Origin: an uncultured Solirubrobacteraceae bacterium | Lineage (GTDB): Bacteria > Actinomycetota > Thermoleophilia > Solirubrobacterales > Solirubrobacteraceae | NCBI GenBank assembly: GCA_963767405.1 | Contig: CAVYDP010000003.1 | Location: forward strand, 52,700 to 116,699 | Direction of reading: 5' to 3' | Length of the DNA: 64,000 nucleotides | Shown here: piece after piece, positions 44,073-57,362 of the stretch | Numbering within the stretch: the first letter of the stretch is position 1 | Layout of the letters: each line of letters opens with the position of its first letter | Notes under the pieces: model-generated | What the model was told of the DNA's origin: nothing | The model's input: only the letters and a program-made list of their open reading frames with translations | Database searches by the model: none | Translations under genes and position numbers: made by a program

Positions 44073-44322
44073 ATGCAGGCAGCGCAAGGCAGGCGGGCGC
44101 CCAGAGGAGCGGTCGGCCCAGAAGGTCAGCTGCGAGCAGTGCTTCTTCCGGGTCAACCTGCTCTGCGCGCTCGAGCTCGAGGAGCCCTGCGCGACCTTCC
44201 GGCCCAACGAGGCGCAGCTGAGGCCGCCGCAGCAGCTGCGCTTCGTGTTCCGCCAGGAGCGGCGCACGCGGGCCGCCTGGGCGTTTCCCTCGGCCCAGGA
44301 GCAGGCCGCGCTGCACGCCTAG
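44073..44322 (+). CDS. Small 4-Cys protein (one indel near the 5' end)
   Basis: KVSCEQCFFRVNLLCALELEEPCATFRP...LRPPQQLRFVFRQE...AALHA*. G/C third positions. Not called in the ORF track. Confidence 0.7.
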
Positions 44323-44430
44323 GACGGATCCCCCGCGCCGCGCCACCTGCCGATTGCGCGTCCGCGGAAGCTCGACCCGGGGGTATATTGAGCCGCAGAC
44401 CTGCAAGCTTCGGCAGAGGCGGTGGCAACG

Positions 44431-44893
44431 ATGGCAGCGAAAGACAGGCTCGGCAAGGCGTCCGAAGCGGCGAAGGCGGCAGACGCAACCGTACGTGCAG
44501 CGACTGATCGAAGACGAGGAGCTGCGCGCGAACCTGCTCGCGGCCTACGGGGCGGCGCGCAGCGCCTACGGGCGCATGACCAACGGCAAGCCCGCCACCA
44601 AGGCGCTGTTCGAGGACCGCAAGCTGCAGGCGGAGCTCGAGGGCGGCGGCCAGCTCGCTGCGCGACGCGTCCAGCTCGCTGCGCGAGGCGCCCTCCAAGC
44701 CCGCCGTCGGCGCGGCGGCCTCGGCCGCACGCTGATGCTCGCTGATCGTCGGCGCCGGCCTGGCGATCGCGCTCAACGAGGGCCTGCGCTCGAAGGTGCT
44801 CGACCTGCTGTTCGGAGCCGAGGAGGAGTTCGACTACACCTCGACCACCGCGCCCGGCCACGCCGGAGCCGGCGGGCGTCGGCGAGCGCCTGA
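44431..44893 (+). CDS. Hypothetical membrane-anchored protein (frameshifted read)
   Basis: PYVQRLIEDEELRANL...one TM...LRSKVLDLLFGAEEEFDY. GAGGCGG upstream of the ATG. Confidence 0.7.
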
Positions 44894-44925
44894 GCCGCGC
44901 GACCTGAGGCGGGGAGGAGCACGGT

Positions 44926-45582
44926 GTGACGACCGCGCACGAGTCGTCAGAACGCGTCCGAGACAGGCGAGGAGGCGGCGAGCCCGCCGACCCCACGCGC
45001 CCGCTCTCGGGGGAGAAGGCCCAGCGCATCATCGACGCGATGCGCCGCAGCGTCGCCCGCCGCGGTACGGCCGGCTCGACCTTCGACCACGTCTCGCGCG
45101 AGGCGGGCGTCTCGCGGGGCCTGCTCCACTACTACTTCGGCACCAAGGAGCAGCTGCTGGTGGAGGCCGTCCGGCGCGACGGCGAGCTGCGCCTGGAGCG
45201 GCTGGAGCGCCAGCTCTCCACCGCCAAGACGGCCGACGACTTCATCGACCTGATGGCGCAGAACCTGCAGGAGACGGTGCGCGAGGACCCCGACTTCGTC
45301 ACGCTGGTCTTCGAGCTGTTCACCCTCTCCCGCCGCAACGAGGACATCGCCGCCGAGTACGCCGCGCTGATGCGCCGCACGCGCGAGCAGGTCGCCGCGA
45401 TGCTCGACTCGGCGCAGCGCGAGGGGATCCTGCGCCTGCACGCCGAGCCGGAGGCCGTCGCGGAGATCCTGTTCTCGCTCGGCGACGGTTTCGCGCTGCG
45501 CATGCTGAGCGAGCCCGAGCGGGACTTCACCGCCACCATCAACGCCGGGATCACCTGCGCGCGCGCTCTGCTCACCGATTGA
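44926..45582 (+). CDS. TetR family regulator
   Basis: RIIDA......G....TFDHVSREAGVSRGLLHYYFGTKEQLL. Confidence 0.92.
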   Translation: MTTAHESSERVRDRRGGGEPADPTRPLSGEKAQRIIDAMRRSVARRGTAGSTFDHVSREAGVSRGLLHYYFGTKEQLLVEAVRRDGELRLERLERQLSTAKTADDFIDLMAQNLQETVREDPDFVTLVFELFTLSRRNEDIAAEYAALMRRTREQVAAMLDSAQREGILRLHAEPEAVAEILFSLGDGFALRMLSEPERDFTATINAGITCARALLTD

Positions 45583-45604
45583 CGCACCTATAATCGGCCT
45601 GGCC

Positions 45605-45955
45605 ATGCCGATTTACGAGTACAGGCGCCCGGACGGGACGCACCTTCGAGATCCAGCAGTCCTTCAGCGACGAGCCGCTGAAGGTCGATCCCGACACGGG
45701 CGTGCCGGTCGAGCGCGTGCTGCACGCCGCCCGCCGTCCACTTCAAGGGCAAAGGCTTCTACAACACCGACTACGGCACGCGCAGCCGCCAGCGCGAGAC
45801 CGCCGCCGCCGCGGAGAAGTCATCGGCCGAGAAGAAGCTCCGAGAGCTCCTCCTCGCTCCTCAGACTCCTCGTCCGCGACCGAAGAGCGAGAAGGCCGAA
45901 GGCCGGTCCGGACAAGACTCCAAGGACTCCGAAACCGGTCGCCGCCAAGGGCTGA
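45605..45955 (+). CDS. FmdB-family zinc-ribbon-like protein, Cys-free variant (frameshifted read)
   Basis: MPIYEYR...FEIQQSFSDEPL...VHFKGKGFYNTDY plus a Ser/Lys-rich tail. TATAAT at 45588. Confidence 0.8.
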   Translation: MPIYEYRRPDGTHLRDPAVLQRRAAEGRSRHGRAGRARAARRPPSTSRAKASTTPTTARAAASARPPPPRRSHRPRRSSESSSSLLRLLVRDRRARRPKAGPDKTPRTPKPVAAKG

Positions 45956-45975
45956 GCGACGCCCGGGCGGCGCGG

Positions 45976-47106
45976 TCAGCCGCTCATGAAGCGCGCGACG
46001 GCGGCGCTTCGCGCTTCTGAGACGGTCAGGCCCTGCTCCGCCGTCCGGGAGGGTTGCGGCGCCGGTGGGCTTGAGCACCCGCGTCGGGCGGCGTGCCCGA
46101 GATCGCCAGCGCCGCCGAACAGGCCCAGCAGGGTCGGGCCGCTCATGTCGGAGATGATCGCCGGCGGCGCGTTCCAGGCGATCAGGGGCAGGCGGAAGAA
46201 GCTCGAGACCGACAGCAGCCGGCTCTTCATCGCGTTGAACAGGGCCTGCTGGTGTTCCTCGCGCTGCAGGTCGGTCTCGTTGGGGGCGCACAGGTTCTCG
46301 CGCGTGCGGGCGATCGCCAGCGCCTGCTTGCCGTCGATGTGGTGGGTGCCGGCCGGCAGGCGCAGCGTGTAGCCGCCCTGGCCGAAAGCCGCCGTCGATG
46401 CGGGAGATGATGCAGCCGCCCTTGTAGTCGACCCCGCCCATCGCGTCGATCAGCTGCGGGAAGTTTTCGAAGTTGACTTCCACCACGTGGTTGATCGGGA
46501 ATCCCCAGCCAGCGCTTGATCACCGAGATCGACAGCGCGGGGCCGCCGAACGCGTGGGCGGCGTTGATCTTCTGCAGGCCGTGGCCGGGGATTTCCACGA
46601 CGGTGTCGCGAGGGATCGAGAGGCGGGCCGAGTGTCCGCCGCCGGTGCGGATCAGCATGATCGTGTCCGAGCGGCCCGGCCCGGACTTTTCCGCGCCCGG
46701 TTCCTTGCTGTTCTTCTGGCGGCGGTCGGAGCCGAGCACGAGGATGTTGTTGGCCGAGGTGAGGGGGTAGCCGGCAGGGTCGAGCACCGCGGACACGTCG
46801 GACGGGGGCGCCGTCCGCTCGAACGTGCGGAGCTGATCAGGAACAGGACGAGCGACAGCAGCGATCCATGCGACCGACGAGCCCGACGACGCCGAGGAGC
46901 GATCCGTTTGCGGGTCGCCCAGCGGCGCCAGCCGGCGCCCCTGGACGCCGGGCAGTGGCGCCGGGCCGCCGCGCGCCGGGGCGGGCGCGCGGACGCTCGA
47001 CGCCCGCGCGGCCCCAGCCGAGGCTCGTCCTCGGCTGCGCCGCGCGCAGCCGCGGCCGGGCGCGGTAGCGGGTGTACTGGGGCGGCTCGTCGGCGTCGGG
47101 GACCAT
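45976..47106 (-). CDS. LytR-CpsA-Psr (LCP) family cell-wall ligase (frameshifted read)
   Basis: One TM, NILVLGSDRR, RSDTIML, LSIPRDT, KINAA.AFGG, LIDAMGGV, ALAIARTR. Confidence 0.88.
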
Positions 47107-47142
47107 ACGTCGGGGACCATCGAGGGACCCTATATTTGCCGG

Positions 47143-47979
47143 ATGACTCCTACCGAGGCGCCGGTCGGGCGGCTGGTCGTGTGTCCGACCCCGATAGGCA
47201 ACCTCGAGGACGTCACCCTCGGGTGCTCGAGGCGCTCGGGCAGGCGGACGTGATCGCCTGCGAGGACACCCGCCATACGCGCAGTGCTGCTCGACCGCCA
47301 CGGGATCGACGCACGCCTCGTGAGCCTGCACGAGCACAACGAACGGGCACGGGCCCGGGAGCTGGCGAGGCGGATCGCCGGCGGGGAGGTCGTGGCCCTG
47401 GTCTCCGACGCGGGCACCCCCCTCGTATCCGACCCGGGCTTCGCGCTCGTGCAGGCCTGCATCGCCGAGGGCCTGCCGGTGGAGGTCCTGCCCGGGCCGA
47501 GCGCGGCCGTCACCGCGCTGGTGGCCTCCGGCCTGCCGGCAGAGCGCTGGCGCTTCGTCGGCTTCCTGCCGCGCCGCAAGGCGAGAGCTGCGGGAGCTGC
47601 TGGGTTCGACCACGGAGACGCTCGTCGCCTTCGAGTCGCCCCGGCGCCTGGGGGCGACGCTGGCGCTGCTGGCCGAGATCGATCCCGGTCGTCCGGCGGC
47701 GGTGTGCCGCGAGCTGACCAAGGTCCACGAGGAGGTTCGCCGCGGCAGCGCCGCCGAGCTGGCGGAGCAGCTATGCGGGCGCTCCGCCCCGCGGCGAGAT
47801 CGTGCTGGTCTGCGGTGCGGCCGCCGCCGCGACGGTGGGGCGCGCGCAGGCGCTGGTCGCGCTGCGGGAGCTGGTCGTCGGCGGGGGCGCGCCCCCGGCC
47901 GGCCGCCACCGCCGTGGCGGGCCTGACCGGCCTGGCGGCGAACGAGCTCTACCGGGAGCTGACGGGCGGCGAGCAGTAG
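47143..47979 (+). CDS. rsmI: 16S rRNA C1402 2'-O-methyltransferase (frameshifted read)
   Basis: PTPIGNLED.T, CEDTR, LVSDAGTP.VSDPG, PGPSA, FESP.R, RELTK.HEE. Confidence 0.93.
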
Positions 47980-49520
<1,541 letters not shown>

Positions 49521-49524
<4 letters not shown>

Positions 49525-50276
49525 TCGACTCCCATACCCACCTCGACCTCTGCGAGGGCCGGACGCGGAGCTGGTCGCGGCCGCCGAGGCGGCGGGCGTC
49601 GTGCGGATCCTCACCGTCGGCATCGACGGCGCGTCCTGCCGGGCCGCGCTCGCCGCGGCCGAGGACTTCCCGCAGGTCTACGCCGCGATCGGGCGCCATC
49701 CCAACGCCGCCAGGGGCTTCGACGACGCCGACCTCGCCGAGCTGCGGGCGCTGGCGGCCCACGAGCGCTGCGTGGCGATCGGGGAGAGCGGCCTGGACTT
49801 CTACCGCGAGCGGGCCCCGGCGGCCGACCAGGAGCGGGCCTTCGCCGCCCAGATCGCCCTGGCCAGGGAGACGGGCAAGCCGCTGGTGATCCACACGCGG
49901 GCCGCCGAGGAGCGCACGCTCGCCCAGCTCGCAGCCGAAGCCGAGGGTGTCAGCGTGGTCATGCACTGCTTCTCGATGCCCGACCGCCTCGAGGAGTGCC
50001 TCGAGCGCGGATACGCGATCTCCTTCGCCGGCAACGTCACCTATCCGAGCGCCGGCGATCTGGCCGCGGCCGCCAGCGCGCGTCCCCGAGGAGCAGCCTG
50101 CTGGTCGAGACCGACGCGCCCTTCCTGGCCCCCCAGGCCGTGCGGGGCAGGCGCAACCAGCCGGCCTTCGTCGCTCACACGCTCGAGTTCCTGGCCGAGC
50201 TGCGAGGCGGTGCCGGCGCAGGAGCTCGGGGAGGTCGTCGAGCGATAACGCGAGCCGCCTCTTCGGCTGGGCATGA
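49521..50276 (+). CDS. tatD: TatD family hydrolase (frameshifted read)
   Basis: [39 protein letters not shown]. Confidence 0.93.
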
Positions 50277-51139
50277 GCGCCGTGGCCGACCGCCCCAGCA
50301 GCCGAGCCTGCGGCGGATGCGCCGCTTCGGCGTGCGCCCCGACCGCGACCTCGGCCAGAACTTCCTGATCGACTCGAACATCCTCGGCGTGATCGAGCGC
50401 GCGGCGGAGCTCAACGCGGACGACGTGGTGCTCGAGATCGGCGGCGGCCTGGGCGTCCTGACCGAGCATCTGGCCGAGCGCGTGTCCCACGTGCACGTCA
50501 TCGAGATCGACGAGCGCCTGCGCGAGGCCGCTCGAGGATGCGGCCGCGCCCCACGCCAACGTCGACCGTGCACTGGGGCGATGCGATGCAGATCGACCTC
50601 GCCGCGCTGCGGCCGGCGCCGAACAAGGTGGTCGCGAACCTGCCCTACGGGATCGCCGCCTCCGCGCTGCTGCGGACGATCGCAGGAGCTGGCCGGGGTG
50701 AGCCTGTGGGTGGCGATGGTGCAGCGGGAGGTCGGCGAGCGGCTGGCTGCGGCGCCCGGCAGCCGCGCCTACGGCGCGCCCGTCCGTGCTCGCCCAGCTC
50801 GAGTGCGAGGTGCGGGTGCTGCGGGCCGATCCCGCGCACCGTCTTCCTCCCCGTCCCGAACGTCGACTCGGTGCTCGTGGCGCATGCGCCGGCGCCCGAT
50901 CCGAGCCGGGCGGAGCCTGGCGATCGCGAGCCGGCTCCTGCGCGCGCTCGTGAGCGGGGCCTTCGCCCACCGGCGCAAGACGCTGGCCGGATCGCTGGCC
51001 CTCGCCGGAGGCGCCCCGGGGGCGCTCGCGCGAGCAGGTGCGCGAGGCGCTGTCGCAGCTCGGCCATCCACCCGACGCCGCGCCGAGCGGCTCTCCCCCG
51101 AGGACTTCCGCGACGCTGGCCCGGATGCTCGCTGCATGA
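50273..51139 (+). CDS. rsmA: 16S rRNA A1518/A1519 dimethyltransferase (frameshifted read)
   Basis: [43 protein letters not shown]. Confidence 0.93.
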
Positions 51140-52090
51140 TCGCCGCGCTGCGGGCGCTGGCGCCGGCCAAGATCAACCTCGGCCTGTTCCTGGGCCCCGT
51201 CAGGGAGTCGCGACGCGCAGGCACGAGCTGGTCACCGTGATGCAGTCGATCTCGCTCGCCGACGAGCTGACTCTCGAGCCGGCTCCCGACGGCCGACGGT
51301 GACGAGGTCGCTCTGCCCGGGCGTGGCCGGGCCGGCGCAGGAGAACCTGGCGGCGGTCGCCCTGCGGGCGTTTCGGGAGGCCACCGGCTGGGACGGCGCC
51401 GCCTCAGCGCCTGAGCGATCCGCAAGCGGATCCCGGTCGCCGCGGGGCTCGGCGGGCGGATCGGCCGACGCGGCCTGCGGCCCTGCGCCTGGCCCGGCGT
51501 GCCTCCGGGCTCGGCGACGAGCAGCTGCTGCTGGGGATCGCCGCCGAGCTGGGCGCGGACGTTCCGGCGCAGGTGTCGCCCGGGCGGTGGCTGGCGACGG
51601 GGGCGGGCGAGCGGCTCCTGCGGCTGCCGGCCCCCCGCCACCCCTTCGGGGTGCTGGTGGCTGCCCTGCACCGCCCGAGCTGTCGACCGGGGCCGTCTAC
51701 GCGGAGGCCGACCGGCTGGGACTCGAGAGGCCCCTGCAGGAGCTCGCAGAGCGCGCGGCCGAGCTGGCGGGCGCCCTCGCCCACGGGGCCGCCGTCCCGG
51801 CTGCCACCGAGCTGCTGCACAACGACCTCCAACGGGCGGCCGTGTCGCTGTGCCCCGAGATCGGCAGGCCCTCGAGGGAGGTCGCGGGCAGGGAGCGGAG
51901 CTGGTGCTCGTCAGCGGGTCGGGGCCCACCGTCGTGGGGCTCTACTCCGCGTCCGCCCGGCACCCCGGGGGACGGCCCGGCCCGGGCCGAGCTCGCCGTC
52001 CTCGCCCTGCGCGAGAGGACTCCGGCGCCCCTCTGGGCGGTCCCGGTGGATGAGACCTATGCTCAGCCCCTCCCTCTCGACGCCGCCTGA
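51136..52090 (+). CDS. ispE: 4-diphosphocytidyl-2-C-methyl-D-erythritol kinase (frameshifted read)
   Basis: [45 protein letters not shown]. Confidence 0.92.
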
Positions 52091-52146
52091 GGGCCGCCGC
52101 CGGGGCGGGCGACACCCGCGTGCGTCACAATCCCCGTCGGAGCCTC

Positions 52147-52360
52147 ATGAGTAGAGCGATGATCAACGAGCTGGTTGCCGGTGGCGCCGGAGTCCTCGGC
52201 CTGGGGCTGTTCGCGGGCCTGATCCTGCGGCCCGCCTGGACCTCCTATTCGCGGCTGTGGGAGCGCGTGGCGGCCGCGGTGCTATCGCTCTACGTGCTCG
52301 ACGGTGCTCGTGGGCGCAGGTGTCCTCGGGGCGCTCGCCGCCGTGTACTTCTGGGGCTGA
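52147..52360 (+). CDS. Small two-TM membrane protein
   Basis: LILRPAWTSYSRLWERVAAAVLSLYVL, second helix after a 1-bp indel, GGAG SD. Confidence 0.6.
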
Positions 52361-52363
52361 CCG

Positions 52364-53580
52364 GTGTCCGATCTCGCGGCGCTTGACGCGATCACCGAGG
52401 CGGTCGAGTCGGGGGCCGGCCTGCCCGAGGTCGTGAGGGCCGCCGCCCGGGCCCTGGAGGCCAGCCTCGCGGTCACCGACGCCTGGGGGGCGACGCTGGC
52501 GGTGGCCGCCCGCTCCCCGGCCGAGGAGCGGGCGCTGCTCTCCCAGGGGGAGGGGGTCACGAGCAGCCCCCTGCGGGTGGCGGACACCGTCGTGGGGACC
52601 CTTCACATGCGGGCCAAGAGCGAGCCCAGCGCCTCCATGCGCAGGCTTCTGCTGACGATGATCGCCTCGGAGGTCGAGCGCGTTCGGGCGCCCGAACGCG
52701 CCTCGGAAACGGCCGCCGCGGACTTCCTGCGGGCGGTTATGGCGGCGTGAGCTGTCCGACCGCGAGCAGCTCCTCGAGCGCGCCCGCGAGCTGTCGCTGG
52801 CGATCGAGGACGGGGCGAGCATGATCGTCGCCAGGGCCCATCCCCAGGTGCCCACCGACGAGGGCTGGCGCGGGCGCGTGCGGGCGGTGGCCGAGCGAGG
52901 GGCGAGGGCCGTCGTCGAGCCGCTCGATCGCCGGGCTGTCCGAGCGCGAGGGAGTGCAGGCCGCCGAGGTGCTGGTGCTGGTCCCGGGAGCGGACGAGGC
53001 GACCTCGGCGCGGGCCGCGGAGGCGGTGCTCAACGAGATGGAAGCCGGTCTGTCCGGCTACACCTTCGCCCTCGGGCGCAGCCGCATCGCCGAGGACCCG
53101 GGCGAGCTGCCGCGGGCGGCCAGCGAGGCGCTGCTGGCGGCCAACGTCGCCCAGGGCTCCGCCGACGGGGCGGCCCTCGCCTTCGAGCAGACCGGGGCCT
53201 ACCGCCTGCTGCTCTCGGCCATGAGCGAGAACCCCAGCGAGCTCCAGCGCTTCTTCGCCGAGACGGTGGAGCCGCTGGTGGCCTACGACCAGCAGTACGA
53301 GACCGAGCTGGTCCGCACGCTGGAGACCTTCCTGGAGGCCGACGGCAACGTGGCCGGAACGGCCCAGCGCCTGTTCACGCACCGGCACACGATCTACTAC
53401 CGCCTCGAGCGGGTGAGGGAGCTCTCCGGCCTGGACGTCAGCTCGAGCGACGGGCGCGAGAAGCTCAGCCTCGGCCTGAAGTCGATGCGGGTGCTGGGCA
53501 TCGCCTCGCCGGGCGGCCCCGCCTCGGAGGCGGGAGCGGAAGGCGGCAGGGTGCCCCGGCGCTCGGGCCGGCGCTCCTAG
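52364..53580 (+). CDS. PucR/CdaR family transcriptional regulator (frameshifted read)
   Basis: GAF-like N-terminus, GAYRLL, L.AYD....ELVRTLETFL..GN...TAQRLF.HRHTI.YRL.RV.EL. Confidence 0.88.
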
Positions 53581-54254
53581 AAGAGGCGGTGCGCGAACTC
53601 GACGGCGTAGGTGGCGCCCTGCGTCCCGGCGTGGATCACCGACGGCACGGCGGGCATGGCGGCGACGCCGGCGTCGCGGAATTCGCCCGTGAGGATGATC
53701 TGGCGGTGGGGAGGGGAGGCCATCCACGCCGCCACGATCTGGGTTGGTGAGGTGTCGCCGCCGGTCGCCCAGGCGATGTTCTGACCGACCGACACGGAGG
53801 CCGCATGGGCCGGATAGCGGCTGACCGAGACGAGTGAGAGCGGCGTCTGCCCGGTCGGGCGCACGTCGGCGAAGTAGTTCCAGTGCACCATCGTGGCGAC
53901 CTGGCTGGTCGCCACGGACCTGAGTTCCCTGTTGGCGTGCAGGGCCCGCAGATGGTGGGCGGCGCGGATCCTGTTGATCAGGCACAGGGTCGCCCCCTGC
54001 AGGGCCGCCCCGTTGGTGGCGGTCGGACGCAGGTTCGCACCCGGGCAGGGGCCTGTCGCGGCGGTTGCCGGGGCTGTTCCGGCCGGTGCGCCGAGAAGGA
54101 GGGCGCACGTACCGAGAACGGCCGTCAAGGCCGACAGAGCCACCGCGAGCAAGGGGCGGGGGCCCCCGAGGGATCTTGCATCTCCCGCTCGCAAGTGCAG
54201 GAATACTTGCAGGATCGCCGGACGGAGGCGTCGCCTCCCCGTGGAGCGGGCCAT
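53577..54254 (-). CDS. CAP (SCP-like) domain secreted protein
   Basis: CLINRIRA.H.L..L, VGQNIAW, VAAWMASPPHR.IIL, terminal EF. Start uncertain. Confidence 0.85.
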   Translation of the reverse strand: MARSTGRRRLRPAILQVFLHLRAGDARSLGGPRPLLAVALSALTAVLGTCALLLGAPAGTAPATAATGPCPGANLRPTATNGAALQGATLCLINRIRAAHHLRALHANRELRSVATSQVATMVHWNYFADVRPTGQTPLSLVSVSRYPAHAASVSVGQNIAWATGGDTSPTQIVAAWMASPPHRQIILTGEFRDAGVAAMPAVPSVIHAGTQGATYAVEFAHRLF

Positions 54255-54327
54255 TTCCCCAGACTCTGCGGGGGAAGAGGGCCGTTCGCGCGGAGTCACC
54301 GCCGGACTATCCTTGCTGCGCACCCAC

Positions 54328-54398
54328 TGGGGGGTCGTCCAATGGCAGGACATCAGGTTTTGGTCCTGAGAATCGGGGTTCGAGTCCCTGCCCCCCAG
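54328..54398 (+). tRNA. tRNA-Gln(TTG)
   Basis: TGGGGGGTCGTCCAATGGCAGGAC...TCAGG-TTTTGGT-CCTGA...GGTTCGAGTCC...CCCCCCAG. CCA not encoded. Usual position upstream of glmU. Confidence 0.96.
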
Positions 54399-54427
54399 CT
54401 CGACGCCGACTGAATAGCATCCAGACG

Positions 54428-55765
54428 GTGAGCGCCCCCACCGTCCTGATCCTCGCCGCGGGCAGGGGCACACGCATGCGCTCGGCGATGCCCAAGGTGC
54501 TGCATGACCTCTGCGGGCTGCCGATGGTGCTCTGGCCCGTGCGGGCGGCCCTCGGGGCCGGGGCCGGGAGGGTCGTGGTGGTCGACTCGGCCGAGAGGGC
54601 GCTGGAGGGGGTGCTGCCCGACGGGGTCGACCTGGCGGTCCAGGAGCGCTCCGACGGCACGGGCGGGGCGGCGATGGCGGCGGTGGCGATGCTCGGGGGG
54701 GATCTCGACTCCTCCGGCCCGGTCGTCGTGCTCAGCGGCGACGTCCCCCTCGTCAGCTCGGAGACGATCTCCGAACTGGTCTCGGTCCACAGCCAGAGTG
54801 GCGTCCAGGCCACGATGGCCACGACCGTCCTCGAGGACCCCAGCGGCTACGGGAGGGTCGTGCGGGATGCCGAGGGGAGGGTCGAACGGGTCGTCGAGAC
54901 CAAGCAGCTGGGCGACTCGACCCAGGCCGAGCGCGAGATACGGGAGGTCAACACGGGCATCTTCGTGTTCTCGGCCAATGCCCTGCGCCTGACGCTGCCG
55001 AGGCTGACGGCGGACAACGCCCAGGGCGAGCTCTACCTGCCTCAGGTCCTGGGCCTGCTCAGTGCAGACGGGGCGGAGGTCGCCGCCCACATGGTGCAGG
55101 ACACGCGGCTGGTGCTCGGCGTCAACGACCGCGCGGGGCTGGCGCACGTGCGCAGCCTCGCCCAGGAGGCGATCCACGAGCGCCACATGCGGGAGGGGGT
55201 CACGATCGTCGACCCGCGGGCGACGGTCGTCGACGTCGACGTGACGATCGGCCAGGACACGCTCGTCGAGCCCTTCTCGAGCCTGCGCGGCCGCACGGAG
55301 ATCGGCTCCGGATGCCTGATCCGCCAGTCCTACCTGGTCGACTGCCGGCTGGAGGACGGGGTCACGGTGGGGCCCTTCGCATACCTGCGCCCGGGGACGG
55401 TGCTGCGCAGAGGGTCCAAGGTGGGGAGCTTCGTGGAGGTCAAGAACTCCGACATCGGGCCCGGCGCCAAAGTGCCCCACCTCTCCTACGTGGGCGACGC
55501 CGAGGTCGGCGAGGAGACCAACCTCGGAGCGGGCACCATCACCGCCAACTACGACGGCCGGGCCAAGCACCGCACGAAGGTGGGCGCCCGGGTCAAGACC
55601 GGGGTGGACACCACGCTGGTCGCCCCCGTGACGGTGGGCGACGACGCCTACACCGGAGCCGGCTCGGTGATCACCGAGGACGTGCCTCCCGGGGCGCTGG
55701 GGATCGCCCGCGAGCGCCAGTCGAACGTCGAGGGCTACGCTGAGAGGGGCCCACGGCCCCGATGA
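54428..55765 (+). CDS. glmU: Bifunctional UDP-GlcNAc pyrophosphorylase / glucosamine-1-P acetyltransferase
   Basis: ILAAGRGTRM.S..PKVLH, GYGRVVR, NAQGELYL, hexapeptide repeats, HLSYVGD, NYDG. Confidence 0.96.
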   Translation: MSAPTVLILAAGRGTRMRSAMPKVLHDLCGLPMVLWPVRAALGAGAGRVVVVDSAERALEGVLPDGVDLAVQERSDGTGGAAMAAVAMLGGDLDSSGPVVVLSGDVPLVSSETISELVSVHSQSGVQATMATTVLEDPSGYGRVVRDAEGRVERVVETKQLGDSTQAEREIREVNTGIFVFSANALRLTLPRLTADNAQGELYLPQVLGLLSADGAEVAAHMVQDTRLVLGVNDRAGLAHVRSLAQEAIHERHMREGVTIVDPRATVVDVDVTIGQDTLVEPFSSLRGRTEIGSGCLIRQSYLVDCRLEDGVTVGPFAYLRPGTVLRRGSKVGSFVEVKNSDIGPGAKVPHLSYVGDAEVGEETNLGAGTITANYDGRAKHRTKVGARVKTGVDTTLVAPVTVGDDAYTGAGSVITEDVPPGALGIARERQSNVEGYAERGPRPR

Positions 55766-55796
55766 CCGGCTCCGCTCCCTTTACACTCCGAGAGAG

Positions 55797-56825
<1,029 letters not shown>

Positions 56826-56881
56826 GCAGCGGCACGCCCCCCCAGGAGCCGCCGGCGGCGGCGCAGGCGCGTCGGCGAGGG

Positions 56882-57346
56882 ATGCCCTGGCGGCCGACGG
56901 GCCCCAAAGGGGTGCTGCTGGTCTCGCTCGGAGTGGTGCTGTTCCTGGCGATCAGCGCCGTGCTGGCACGCTTCCTCTCCGTGGAGAACGCCGAACGCGA
57001 CGCCGACCTGGCGCTCATCCAGGCGGAGGCCAGGGGGGACGCGACGGGGATGCTGGACCGCCTCCAAGGGTGCCGTGCGAGTCCCGCCTGCGTGGCATCG
57101 GTCAGGGCCAACGCCGCCAGCTCCCGGACTCGCCGCAGCGGGGCGGTGAAGATCCTGCTGCTCCAGTCGGCGACCGCCTACTCCCTGACCGGGGCCAGCG
57201 GGCGCACGCGACTTGCATGGACGGTGATCGGCAGGCTGCCGGTGGTCCAGTGCATAGGGGTGCGCCGCACCGGGAACTTCCTCACCGGCATCAAGATCGC
57301 CCTCGTCTCGCTGAGCGCCCCGATCCCGAACGAAGCCGATTGCTAG
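56882..57346 (+). CDS. Hypothetical membrane-anchored protein with 4 Cys
   Basis: N-terminal TM, CxxxxxC, and a C-terminal Cys. Co-oriented within the operon. Confidence 0.65.
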   Translation: MPWRPTGPKGVLLVSLGVVLFLAISAVLARFLSVENAERDADLALIQAEARGDATGMLDRLQGCRASPACVASVRANAASSRTRRSGAVKILLLQSATAYSLTGASGRTRLAWTVIGRLPVVQCIGVRRTGNFLTGIKIALVSLSAPIPNEADC

Positions 57347-57362
57347 AGTCTCCCGTTCTGTG

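Noticed and set aside
47094-47120. CGTCGGGGACCAT direct repeat at the LCP gene start as a target-site duplication
   Set aside because: The two copies are 1 nt apart with no element between them, within the error-rich zone; probably a local duplication or consensus artefact.
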